Shown here: positions 24,516 through 33,811 of the stretch, in pieces
How positions within the stretch are numbered: position 1 is the first letter of the stretch
Layout of the letters: the number at the start of each line of letters is the position of its first letter
Assembly: GCA_023397675.1 (NCBI GenBank)
Contig: JAEWTV010000128.1
Span: 76,900-140,899, forward strand
Direction of reading: 5' to 3'
Origin: Bacillota bacterium
GTDB taxonomy: Bacteria; Bacillota; Clostridia; Acetivibrionales; JANLFN01
DNA length: 64,000 nucleotides
Translations under genes and position numbers: made by a program
The notes under the pieces: generated by a model
Seen by the model: only the letters and a program-made list of their open reading frames with translations
Told to the model about the DNA's origin: nothing
The model's database searches: none

Positions 24516-26327
24516 GTGATGGTAATTAAATCTGATTTTGATATGTACTCTTTTAAAGATTCTGTTAAGGAGCAGCTTGAGCAGCTTTACAACCTATCGG
24601 CAGGCGACGGGGAGTTTATTTCTGAGGAGCTAGCACAAAGGCTTGCAAACCTGACAGGTACTATAAACAGAGAAATTGCTGTTTATATAGACAGAAAAGG
24701 AAGAATTGTTGATGTAAGCGTAGGAGACAACAGTACCGTTTCATTGCCTGAGGTAGAGGGAAGACGGGGTAACTCCCGGCTTTCCGGTATAAGGTGTATA
24801 CATACTCACCCTAATGGAGAAGGAATGCTGTCGTCTGTTGATATAAACTCCATGAAAAGCCTGCGGCTTGATGCAATGGCGGCATTAGGGATCAATGACG
24901 GCAAGTTGTATAACATCTATGCAGCTATACCACTTCCTCAAAATGACGAAGTTCTGACTGAAGTATACGGGCCTTTTTACGAGGCTACCGGCGACATAGA
25001 CGGTTTATTGAAAATGATTGCAGAACGGGACAAGGTTTATGATGCATGTGCTCTACAGATAGACGAAACCGAAAAGGCTATCCTTGTTGGATTGGAAACC
25101 AAAAAAGGAGAACTCCTTAACGGAAAAACCGAAGGACAAAGACTGCTTGATGAACTTGAGGAACTTGCTGCTACAGCAGGGGTAATAGTGCTTGAAAAGG
25201 TGATCCAGAGAAAGGCTTTTGAAGATACCGCCTACTTCCTTGGTAAAGGTAAGATAGAAGAGATTAATCTTTTGAGGCAGGCACATGGAGCGAATCTTCT
25301 CATATTTGACGATGAATTGTCGGGGGCACAGATAAGGAACATTGAAGATATAACCGGAATCAAGGTCATTGACCGGACGACACTGATACTTGATATTTTT
25401 GCACAAAGGGCACGTTCTATAGAAGGAAAGCTTCAGGTAGAACTGGCACAGCTTAAATACAGGCTGCCGAGGCTTATAGGCCTAGGAAACCAGCTTTCAA
25501 GGCTTGGCGGAGGTATAGGAACCAGAGGCCCGGGTGAAAAAAAGCTTGAGGTTGACAGAAGGCATATACGCAGAAGGATAATCATACTTGAAAAAGAGCT
25601 TCGTGAAATAGAAAAAAGACGTACCCTTATGAGGGAAGCAAGAAAGAAGAATGAGCTGCCTGTAATTGCGCTTGTAGGCTATACCAATGCAGGGAAGTCT
25701 ACACTCATGAATCATTTGTGTGGCAGTGATGTTTTTGCGGAAAACAAGCTTTTTGCCACTCTTGATCCCACAACCAGAAAACTTCCGCTGCCTGATGGCA
25801 GAAAAGCGCTTCTAATTGACACTGTAGGTTTTATAAGAAAGCTTCCGCACGATCTTGTTGATGCTTTTAAATCTACATTGGAGGAGACTGTTCACGCAGA
25901 CCTGCTTTTACATGTTGTTGATATGTCCAGCAGTGAAGCTGAAATTCAAATATCAGTGGTTAATAGTCTTCTTGAAAGCCTTGGAGCAATGAACAAACCT
26001 ATCATACTGGTACTTAACAAGGCTGATATATCCATGGATGACCACAGAATTTTGTCTTCCAGCCTTTACGAAAAGGTTTTTACGGTTTCGGCTGTTACAG
26101 GACAGGGTATGGATGACCTGTTAAAAGGTATTGCAGAGCTTGCTGCCGGCGATGAGATAAGTATCAGGCTTGTAGCGCCTTATAATGAAGGATGGATTCT
26201 CCCCTACCTTTACGACTACGGGACAGTTGTTTCAAGTGATTATTCCAACGAGGGAATAGTAATTAGTGCCAATATCAAAAGAAGCAGGGCTGAAAAAGTG
26301 AGAAAATACATTATAAACGGGGATTAA
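24516..26327 (+). CDS. hflX: GTPase HflX with a ~185-aa N-terminal extension carrying a JAMM-like motif
   Basis: The HflX N-domain begins around aa 187. G1 GYTNAGKST, G3 DTVGF, G4 NKAD. The extension contains HTHPNGEGMLSSVD. Confidence 0.9.
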   Translation: MMVIKSDFDMYSFKDSVKEQLEQLYNLSAGDGEFISEELAQRLANLTGTINREIAVYIDRKGRIVDVSVGDNSTVSLPEVEGRRGNSRLSGIRCIHTHPNGEGMLSSVDINSMKSLRLDAMAALGINDGKLYNIYAAIPLPQNDEVLTEVYGPFYEATGDIDGLLKMIAERDKVYDACALQIDETEKAILVGLETKKGELLNGKTEGQRLLDELEELAATAGVIVLEKVIQRKAFEDTAYFLGKGKIEEINLLRQAHGANLLIFDDELSGAQIRNIEDITGIKVIDRTTLILDIFAQRARSIEGKLQVELAQLKYRLPRLIGLGNQLSRLGGGIGTRGPGEKKLEVDRRHIRRRIIILEKELREIEKRRTLMREARKKNELPVIALVGYTNAGKSTLMNHLCGSDVFAENKLFATLDPTTRKLPLPDGRKALLIDTVGFIRKLPHDLVDAFKSTLEETVHADLLLHVVDMSSSEAEIQISVVNSLLESLGAMNKPIILVLNKADISMDDHRILSSSLYEKVFTVSAVTGQGMDDLLKGIAELAAGDEISIRLVAPYNEGWILPYLYDYGTVVSSDYSNEGIVISANIKRSRAEKVRKYIINGD

Positions 26328-26467
26328 TTGTAATAAAAAATAATATGAATTAAGCAGGTTTGATTTGAATATAAAATGTAAATAATGTATTATAAATATA
26401 TAAAATTTTTTTACGAAAATTTAATAATGCTGGTGTTCCATACTAATTAACGAAAGGGGTTTTTGCT

Positions 26468-26893
26468 ATGTTGGTTAGAAAATGTGCAGGAGGAGTAGTG
26501 TTTTACGGTGATAAGGTATTGCTTCTCAGGAACGAAAAAGGCGAATGGGTACTTCCCAAGGGGGTAATTCGCAACGGAGACCTTTCCAGTGAAGTGGCTG
26601 TGCGGAGAGTTAAGGAAGAAGCGGGAGTGACCGCTGAGATTGTTTCACCTGCCGGCAATACGAGCTATGAGTTCTTTTCTGTAACACGACAAAAACCCGT
26701 CTGTAATAAAATCACTTGGTACATTATGCAAAATTCCGATGGAAACTTCAAACTTAATAGTGAAGAATGCTTTACCGATGGCGGCTTTTACACTGTAAAT
26801 GACGCTGCCAGCCTTATTACGTATAGCCAGGATAAATCACTGCTTCACTTGTCATTCCAGAGATATCAGGATTTATCAAAAGAGGTTTGTTAA
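26468..26893 (+). CDS. NUDIX hydrolase
   Basis: Nudix box GVIRNGDLSSEVAVRRVKEEAGV (G-x5-E-x7-REUxEExGU pattern). Confidence 0.85.
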   Translation: MLVRKCAGGVVFYGDKVLLLRNEKGEWVLPKGVIRNGDLSSEVAVRRVKEEAGVTAEIVSPAGNTSYEFFSVTRQKPVCNKITWYIMQNSDGNFKLNSEECFTDGGFYTVNDAASLITYSQDKSLLHLSFQRYQDLSKEVC

Positions 26894-26972
26894 TTTATTT
26901 ATAAAACGTTAAAATAAAAGGTAGCGGAAAGCATTTCGCTATCTTTTTGTTTTGTAAAATTTTATATTATAG

Positions 26973-27641
26973 GTGACACATTTGCTAAAACAATATAAAA
27001 CTGTTCTGAACCGGGCTTCGTGTGAGATTGAAGAAAAGAAGTCAAGGTTTATTGCGACAGTAAGACCGATAAAAACTGAAGAAGAAGCATTAGAGCTCAT
27101 TTCGGAGCTTAAGTCAAAGTACTGGGATGCTACTCATAATGTATATGCATATTATCTTAATGGGGATACCGTTATCCAACGTTTCAGTGATGACGGGGAA
27201 CCTTCAGGTACTGCGGGAATTCCTGTTTTGGAGGCTATAAAACGCTCAGGTATCCAGGATATTGCTGTAGTGGTTACAAGATATTTCGGAGGGACACTTC
27301 TGGGTGCATCAGGACTTATCAGAACTTATGCAAAGAGCGCTTCAGCAGGAATAGAACATGCGGGGGTTGTGTTCAGAAAGCTTTGTGATGAAGTAGGAAT
27401 AATTATGGAGTATACCTTGCTTGGAAAGGTACAGAATATTATTTCCAACAAGGAGTATACCATAAAGGAAAATATTTATGAGCAGGATGCAGAAATAAGG
27501 GTATATATACCAGTAGATGAAACAGAAGCATTTATAGCGGAGCTTATAGAAGCAACCAATGCACGAGTTCTGGTCGATACCGTAAAAAAGTCGTACATAA
27601 CCGTCGACCTTAACGGAAAGCTGATAAGTACGGATGAATAA
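26973..27641 (+). CDS. YigZ/IMPACT family protein (UPF0029)
   Basis: KKSRFIA..ATHNVYAY..DDGEPSGTAG.P motifs typical of YigZ. Confidence 0.85.
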   Translation: MTHLLKQYKTVLNRASCEIEEKKSRFIATVRPIKTEEEALELISELKSKYWDATHNVYAYYLNGDTVIQRFSDDGEPSGTAGIPVLEAIKRSGIQDIAVVVTRYFGGTLLGASGLIRTYAKSASAGIEHAGVVFRKLCDEVGIIMEYTLLGKVQNIISNKEYTIKENIYEQDAEIRVYIPVDETEAFIAELIEATNARVLVDTVKKSYITVDLNGKLISTDE

Positions 27642-27722
27642 GAATTATTTTTCCTGTTTTGCGAATGCTAAATAGGATTAAAAATTTACAGAAAGCTGGT
27701 GATTATTTTGATTGAAGAGGAT

Positions 27723-28082
27723 ATGCTGGATAAAAAAGTCTGGGCAGTAATAGGAGCAAGCGAAAACAGGGAAAAGTACGGTTATAAAATTTATAAGACA
27801 TTGAAGAAGCAGGGTTATACCGTTTATCCTGTAAACCCCAATTATGAGACAATTGAAGGTGACAAGTGCTATCCTGACCTTTCATCCCTTCCCGAAAAGC
27901 CGGAAGTTTTGGATATGGTGGTTACGCCTAAACGCGGAATGGATGTTCTTAAAGAAGCTGATAAGCTCGGAATAAAGAATATCTGGCTGCAGCCGGGGAC
28001 ATATAATGATGAACTGATGGAACTTATAAGTGAAAAGGGTCTTAATGCTGTTAAGGCTTGTGTACTTATTTCCCTAAGCTAA
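27723..28082 (+). CDS. CoA-binding domain protein (YccU/YneT-like)
   Basis: VWAVIGASENREKYGYKIYKTLKKQGYTVYPVNP is a typical CoA_binding_2 N-terminus. ATG 27723 is preferred. Confidence 0.8.
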   Translation: MLDKKVWAVIGASENREKYGYKIYKTLKKQGYTVYPVNPNYETIEGDKCYPDLSSLPEKPEVLDMVVTPKRGMDVLKEADKLGIKNIWLQPGTYNDELMELISEKGLNAVKACVLISLS

Positions 28083-28170
28083 TTTAATTTTTTATATTTT
28101 AAAAAGAATACATGCACCATTGTCGGCATAAAGATATCGTATAAAAGAAATTATGCGAGGTGGCCGGATA

Positions 28171-29013
28171 ATGCGTAAAACTATAAGTCTTATTATAGTG
28201 TGTATTATGATAATGACAATATTTTCAGGATGTGGCCTATTACAGAAACTTGGCCTTGAAAAAAGTGACAATGATGAGCTCGAACCTGTAAGCAGTGTCG
28301 CAATTAACGAAACTGAAGCAAAAAAACTTAACAGTGAACTTCCGATACGCCTGTATTTCGCAAATCAGGATAACACCAAGCTACAGTTGGAGGTAAGATA
28401 TATACCTTTGGAAGAAGCAAAGAAAAGCGTAAATAACCAGGCATCTCTTATAGTAAAAGAGCTTATTAAGGGACCTGCAGGCAAAAGTGCTCAGTCTACA
28501 ATTCCTAAAGGAACAAAACTCCGCTCCCCTGTAAGTATAAACGGAAATGTTGCTACAGTAGACCTTACCAAGGAATTTATTGAAAATCATCCCGGCGGAA
28601 AGAGTGAAGCCCAGATGACAATATACTCAATAGTTAATTCACTTACAGAGTTAAAAGATGTTGAGAAAGTAAAATTCACCATAGATGGTGCTGCAAAGGC
28701 TGATTTTAAAGGCGTTATTCAGCTTAATGCAGTATTCCCAAGGACGGAAGCCCTTATTTCAAAGGAAGTTCCGCCTGCAGCCAATGACAAGGGTACTACC
28801 GATAAAAAAGATACCAAGACCGATACAAAAGCTGCCGACACAAAGTCTACTACAAAAGATACAAAGACTACTGATACTACAAAGAAGAGCAATACCGGTG
28901 ATATAAAAAAGGACACAACCTCCAAAGCAAGTACAAAGAGCGACAAGGCTTCATCAGCTTCAGTGGATGATTCAGAAGCAACATACCTTGATGAGTCGGG
29001 TTTGCTTGAATAA
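28171..29013 (+). CDS. GerMN-domain lipoprotein with a Thr/Lys/Asp-rich C-terminal tail
   Basis: Lipobox IFSGC and a GerM-like core (LYF.N...KL..E.R..P, VATVDLTKEF). GAGGTGG lies 7 nt upstream of ATG 28171. Confidence 0.75.
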   Translation: MRKTISLIIVCIMIMTIFSGCGLLQKLGLEKSDNDELEPVSSVAINETEAKKLNSELPIRLYFANQDNTKLQLEVRYIPLEEAKKSVNNQASLIVKELIKGPAGKSAQSTIPKGTKLRSPVSINGNVATVDLTKEFIENHPGGKSEAQMTIYSIVNSLTELKDVEKVKFTIDGAAKADFKGVIQLNAVFPRTEALISKEVPPAANDKGTTDKKDTKTDTKAADTKSTTKDTKTTDTTKKSNTGDIKKDTTSKASTKSDKASSASVDDSEATYLDESGLLE

Positions 29014-29179
29014 GGTTCTAAAACGAACTCCTTGGTGGAGATGGCAGGTTCGGAATTTAAAATTCCAGGCCTGCTTTTTTGTTGTGAGTATGTAGATATT
29101 TCGCCAACAAACTATACAAAATTAATAATACTATGGTAAAATTAAACATCATATGAGACAGACAAGAATGGAGCATTTT

Positions 29180-29827
29180 ATGAAAAAAGCAGCAGTTCTT
29201 CTTACTATTTTAATATGTACATTTCTTTCTGGTTGTTCTGAATCCAATACAAGTAATCAGCAGCAGGTTATGAATTCTATATCTATTAACAACTCAAATA
29301 CGGTTTCTAATGAGACTGTAAAGACTTTAAAGTCGGATGATTCCAAGACAATTGTTAATGTTTATACTTCTTTATCCAGAGAAACAGGTGATAATCAAAA
29401 GATAGAAAAAATACATATCAGTAACGGAGCTGACAGCTTTACTGTAAGTGATGTTGCCGGGTATTACGATAACATGCAGTGGGTTCAGGGGCAACCAAAA
29501 GTAGTTATAGAGTATTACGGAAGAACATGGAGAAATTTTCTCATTATTGACACTGAAAATAAGAAGGTTTTGTATAAGGAGCCGTTTAGTTTTAAAGAAC
29601 TTTTAGATAGTTTCATAAAGCATGGGGCGTCGTTCAATTATAGCCCCAATGGCAGCAGACCGGATGTTGAGTTTAAATACAGTAAAATACTTGATGATGA
29701 CAATATTATGATTAATTATAAAGTACGTGATGAAAAGTATTTAATTCAGAGTGGAAGCTTTATATACAGCATATCAAAAGCTACTTTTTCAGAATTGATA
29801 CAAAACGTGCCTATAAGTGAAGGGTAA
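29180..29827 (+). CDS. Hypothetical lipoprotein
   Basis: MKKAAVLLTILICTFLSGCSE signal plus lipobox. RBS-like AATGGAG upstream. Confidence 0.6.
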   Translation: MKKAAVLLTILICTFLSGCSESNTSNQQQVMNSISINNSNTVSNETVKTLKSDDSKTIVNVYTSLSRETGDNQKIEKIHISNGADSFTVSDVAGYYDNMQWVQGQPKVVIEYYGRTWRNFLIIDTENKKVLYKEPFSFKELLDSFIKHGASFNYSPNGSRPDVEFKYSKILDDDNIMINYKVRDEKYLIQSGSFIYSISKATFSELIQNVPISEG

Positions 29828-29839
29828 GAACTACAAAGA

Positions 29840-29860
29840 CGGCAGCAGCCTATGCTGCCG
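29840..29860. terminator. Hairpin between convergent genes (weak bidirectional terminator)
   Basis: CGGCAGCA/TGCTGCCG stem; the flanks are only moderately T/A-rich. Confidence 0.4.
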
Positions 29861-29872
29861 CCTTATATGCAC

Positions 29873-30769
29873 CTAAACCGACATGTCATCGGCTTCCTGT
29901 ACCGACTCATTCACTTCCACAAACGGCACCTTGTAATGATTTTTTCTGCGGCGTGCGATGCCTTCCTCTCGTTGAGCATATTCCGCAAAAACCTTTCCGA
30001 GATCCAATACATCATTCATTTCATAATAGCCCGGGTTTCTGTAGATGAAACGAACCGCCTTAACTGCACCAAGTGCGAAAGCTCTGCGCGAGAAGGATTC
30101 GTGTGATATTTCTATCTTATCATCTTCGCCGATAATCATGACTTCATGTTTTCCAACAACTCCTCCAGCTCTAATAGCTGTAATTGGAACACTGATTTTT
30201 TCCTCATTAATACCTGCATGGATAAGCCCTTTTTTAATTTCTCCGGCTATCTTTAATGCGGTACCTGAAGGGGAATCCTTCTTATATTTGTGATGTATCT
30301 CGGTTATTTGAAAATCATAATTGTTAAGAATGCATGATGCAAGATTTGACAGCAGCATAAGTACATTAACCCCTAAAGTTATATTAGGTGCGTATACTAT
30401 ACCGTTATGGTATTTCCTTGTAAGTACGAAAAGCTTTTTCCTTGACATATCCGAAAATCCAGTTGTTCCTATTACAAGGTTAACCTTCATATGCGAAAAA
30501 ACCCTGGCATTTCTTAGAGTTGCGGATGGACTTGTAAAATCGATTGCAACGTCCGGTTTGCTTCTAAAAACGATCTGTTCAATGTTATCCGAGCTTTCAA
30601 CAGGAATATCCATATCGGCACAGCCCAATACCTGACCCAGATCCTTTCCTTGCTTGCTGCTTCCTGGACTGCATACCGCAGCAACTATTTTTATATCCTC
30701 AATAGACTGTAATACTTTGGCGATCTCAATGCCAGTCTTACCAAGCCCTACAAGACATACTTTGATCAT
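29873..30769 (-). CDS. 4-hydroxy-tetrahydrodipicolinate reductase (DapB) family protein with a ~40-aa C-terminal extension
   Basis: Rossmann N-terminus MIKVCLVGLGKTG and DapB signature EIHHKYKKDSPSGTA. The DapB-like end ..YEMNDVLDLG is followed by an extra charged tail. Confidence 0.8.
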   Translation of the reverse strand: MIKVCLVGLGKTGIEIAKVLQSIEDIKIVAAVCSPGSSKQGKDLGQVLGCADMDIPVESSDNIEQIVFRSKPDVAIDFTSPSATLRNARVFSHMKVNLVIGTTGFSDMSRKKLFVLTRKYHNGIVYAPNITLGVNVLMLLSNLASCILNNYDFQITEIHHKYKKDSPSGTALKIAGEIKKGLIHAGINEEKISVPITAIRAGGVVGKHEVMIIGEDDKIEISHESFSRRAFALGAVKAVRFIYRNPGYYEMNDVLDLGKVFAEYAQREEGIARRRKNHYKVPFVEVNESVQEADDMSV

Positions 30770-30799
30770 AAACTGCCACCTCTGTTTCTTAAAAATGGG

Positions 30800-30830
30800 A
30801 ATAAAAATACTACAGAGAAGATTCTGTAGT
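30800..30830 (-). terminator. Expression-platform terminator of the c-di-AMP riboswitch
   Basis: Minus strand reads CTACAGA-atcttc-TCTGTAG followed by UAUUUUUAUU, about 35 nt upstream of the dapB-like RBS. Confidence 0.7.
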
Positions 30831-30864
30831 GAATGCAGGAACGTATATTACCCATTTAGTAGAG

Positions 30865-31008
30865 CATACCTATCACCTTCTCTTCCAACGCTTACGGGAT
30901 TAGCTGACGGATTCGGATCGAAAGAGTTTAACCCTACCTGACCAACAACAGTCAGGATTCACCCCAATTACCTGGTTCTCCCGCTCTTAAACAAGATTAA
31001 GCGCGCTT
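30865..31008 (-). promoter_or_regulatory. ydaO/yuaA-class c-di-AMP riboswitch aptamer
   Basis: Minus-strand motifs GCUUAAUC (31001-30994), GAGCGGGAGAACCA (30985-30972), GGGGUGAAUCC (30964-30954) and CCGAAUCCGUCAGCUAAUCCCGUAAGCG (30915-30888). These match the conserved blocks of the ydaO motif as I recall them. Confidence 0.8.
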
Positions 31009-31319
31009 ATAATATTATGTTTTTAATCCATATAATAATATATTCATAGACAAGTTGAATAAATTACAATATGTAAAAATATTATACACATGTTATGTCA
31101 TTTACTCAAATATTGCCCTATGAAACTATTACACAGCATTTAATACTATAGACGAAGATATTTATCTAAAGTTTCATATGAATAAACTTTTTCTTTTGGA
31201 TATATATTCTCGAATGATTTCCTTCTAAAACTTGAAGTTGGTGTTCTTAAATAGTAAAATATGAAATATACTTTTATAGAATTGGGGTCTTAGGCTTTTT
31301 AGCCGGTGAGGAGATATAT

Positions 31320-32438
31320 ATGTCTGATAAAAAAACTATTGCCGTGGTATTCGGGGGTCAGTCTTCTGAACATGAAGTTTCCAGGGTCTCAGCCCAATCA
31401 GTTATAAGTAATATAAATAAGGATAAATTTAACATAGTAATGTTTGGAATAACCAAGGACGGAAGATGGCTTCACTATGATGGCCCTGTTGAGTGTCTTG
31501 GAACAGGCGAATGGCAAGCTATTGCGGAAGCAAAAAATGCCAAAGCGCTTTCTGGCGGCAGCGCAGCGCTTGTGCCAGCCGTATCTTCGGCAAAGGGGAT
31601 TTTTAAGCTTGCCGATGGAGGTACTCCTTCAATAGATGTTGTTTTCCCTGTTTTGCATGGCTGTAACGGGGAAGATGGTACTGTACAGGGACTTTTTGAA
31701 TTGGCCGGAATACCATATATTGGACCGGGAGTTCTGGGATCGGCAGTTGGAATGGATAAGGTTTACTCCAAGATTATTTTTGAAAAGGAAAGCCTGCCTC
31801 AGGGGAAATATGTGGTTTGTTACAGAAAACAGATAGCATCTGCCATAGATAATGAAATAAAAGCTGTAGAAAGTGTGCTTGAATACCCGTGCTTTGTCAA
31901 ACCTTCAAATGCAGGGTCCTCAGTTGGTGTAGGGAAGGCTCATAACCGTGAGGAACTGATTACTTTCCTTGAGAATGCTGCAAGATATGATAGAAAGGTT
32001 CTTGTAGAAGAGTTTATAAACGGCCGCGAGATTGAATGTGCGGTTCTGGGTAATGATGAGCCGATAGCTTCAACAGTAGGAGAAGTACTTCCTTGCAACG
32101 AATTTTACGATTATAATGCAAAATATCTTGATAACAGTTCGAAAACTGTAATTCCTGCGGATTTGCCGACAGCCACAATCGCTGAAATAAGAGACTATGC
32201 TGTAAGAGCATTTAAAGCTCTTGATCTTGCAGGGCTGACAAGAGTGGATTTCTTTGTTCACAAAGAAACCGGGAAGGTTTATATTAATGAGGTTAACACA
32301 TTACCGGGCTTTACAAGCATAAGCATGTATCCAAAACTTTGGGAAGCGTCCGGAATTCCATACAGCGAGTTGATTGAGAGGCTTGCCGAACTTGCTATAG
32401 AAAGGTTCGAAGACAATAAAAAGGAAGTCGACAGATAA
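31320..32438 (+). CDS. ddl: D-alanine--D-alanine ligase
   Basis: IAVVFGGQSSEHEVS N-terminus, ATP-grasp body, EVNTLPGFT motif. Confidence 0.95.
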   Translation: MSDKKTIAVVFGGQSSEHEVSRVSAQSVISNINKDKFNIVMFGITKDGRWLHYDGPVECLGTGEWQAIAEAKNAKALSGGSAALVPAVSSAKGIFKLADGGTPSIDVVFPVLHGCNGEDGTVQGLFELAGIPYIGPGVLGSAVGMDKVYSKIIFEKESLPQGKYVVCYRKQIASAIDNEIKAVESVLEYPCFVKPSNAGSSVGVGKAHNREELITFLENAARYDRKVLVEEFINGREIECAVLGNDEPIASTVGEVLPCNEFYDYNAKYLDNSSKTVIPADLPTATIAEIRDYAVRAFKALDLAGLTRVDFFVHKETGKVYINEVNTLPGFTSISMYPKLWEASGIPYSELIERLAELAIERFEDNKKEVDR

Positions 32439-32482
32439 ACACAGCACCAAAAAGAAAATATCAGGGGGAAAATATAATTTAT

Positions 32483-33289
32483 ATGGATAACAGACCTATA
32501 GGGGTGTTTGATTCCGGGTTGGGCGGTCTTACTGTTCTGAAGGAAATTATGGAGCTTATACCATCCGAGAGTATTGTATATTTCGGTGACTGCGGTCGTG
32601 CTCCTTATGGTACAAAATCAAAGGAAATGGTAATCAAATATACTTTTCAGGATATAAGGTTCCTGATGGAACATGATATAAAAATGATGGTCATAGCATG
32701 CAACACAATGAGTGCATGCAGCCTGGAAAGCGTAAAGCATGACTTTGACATTCCTGTAATAGAAGTTGTTCAACCAGGAAGCCGATGTGCGGTCCGGGAG
32801 ACAAAAAACAGGAGAGTCGGCGTTATTGGCACTTCCGCGACTGTAGGAAGCGGAGTTTATGAAAAGACTATTAAAAGCATAGATAATTCTATTGAAGTGT
32901 TTTCAAAAGCTTGTCCCTTGTTTGTCAACCTCGCCGAAGAGGGTTGGTGGGATAATGACATTGCATTTCAAATTGCCAGTGAGTATCTTAAAGATTTAAA
33001 AAAGGAAAAGGTTGATACACTTGTCCTAGGATGTACTCATTACCCTCTTTTGAAGGATGTAATCCATAGAGTTATGGGTGATGATGTAAAGCTTGTAAGT
33101 TCCGCTATGGAGGTTGCTAAGGTTGTAAGGGAAGTTATGGAAAAGGACGGCATGCTTAGGGATACCGGGCTTAAGCCTGTATATAAGTATTATACAAGTG
33201 ACAGCATAGAAAAGTTTGATTCGCTGGGAAGTTCAATACTGGGGAAAAACATTGATTGTGCTGAACGGGTAGAAATTGATAAGTATTAG
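32483..33289 (+). CDS. murI: Glutamate racemase
   Basis: IGVFDSGLGGLTV, the catalytic Cys motifs ACNT and GCTHYP. Confidence 0.95.
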   Translation: MDNRPIGVFDSGLGGLTVLKEIMELIPSESIVYFGDCGRAPYGTKSKEMVIKYTFQDIRFLMEHDIKMMVIACNTMSACSLESVKHDFDIPVIEVVQPGSRCAVRETKNRRVGVIGTSATVGSGVYEKTIKSIDNSIEVFSKACPLFVNLAEEGWWDNDIAFQIASEYLKDLKKEKVDTLVLGCTHYPLLKDVIHRVMGDDVKLVSSAMEVAKVVREVMEKDGMLRDTGLKPVYKYYTSDSIEKFDSLGSSILGKNIDCAERVEIDKY

Positions 33290-33364
33290 AAAGGTTTAAG
33301 AAAGCAGTAAAATGCGTAATACTATCATGTGCACTATTTACACTACCTTGAGGAGGAAATTTGT

Positions 33365-33811
33365 TTGAGCAAGCGGGTAATTATCAATGTAAAAGGAACC
33401 CAGAAGTCCGAGGACAGGGAAGCGGATTCAATGGAGCTTGTTACTGAGGGCAAGTATTATAAAAAAGATAATGCTTTTTTCATTACTTATAAGGAAAGTG
33501 AAGTCACGGGAATGGATGGGACAACCACTACCCTGAAGGTTTCGGATGGTACCGTAACACTTATGAGATTTGGTTCTGTCAACTCGCACTTCATTTTTGA
33601 AAGAGGACAAAAACATCTCTCCTACTATGAAACTCCTCATGGAACATTTACTATAGGAGTACTTGCCAATGATGTTAACATCAATATAAATGATGCTGGC
33701 GGAGAAATTTTTGTAGGATATGAGCTTGAAATAGATAACAATCAAACGGGAAGAAATGATTTTTATATGTTGATAAGAGAGGCAGGACAGGTTGATGGTG
33801 AACTTAATTGA
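33365..33811 (+). CDS. DUF1934 (YwiB-like) beta-barrel protein
   Basis: Conserved ywiB-argS arrangement. GAGGAGGA lies 7 nt upstream of TTG 33365. Its end overlaps the argS start. Confidence 0.7.
   Translation: MSKRVIINVKGTQKSEDREADSMELVTEGKYYKKDNAFFITYKESEVTGMDGTTTTLKVSDGTVTLMRFGSVNSHFIFERGQKHLSYYETPHGTFTIGVLANDVNININDAGGEIFVGYELEIDNNQTGRNDFYMLIREAGQVDGELN

Noticed and set aside
29852-30941. Plus-strand ORFs 29852-30106, 30045-30293, 30321-30635 and 30654-30941.
   Set aside because: They are antisense to the well-supported DapB-family gene or overlap the riboswitch and terminator. They have no RBS and no recognisable domains.
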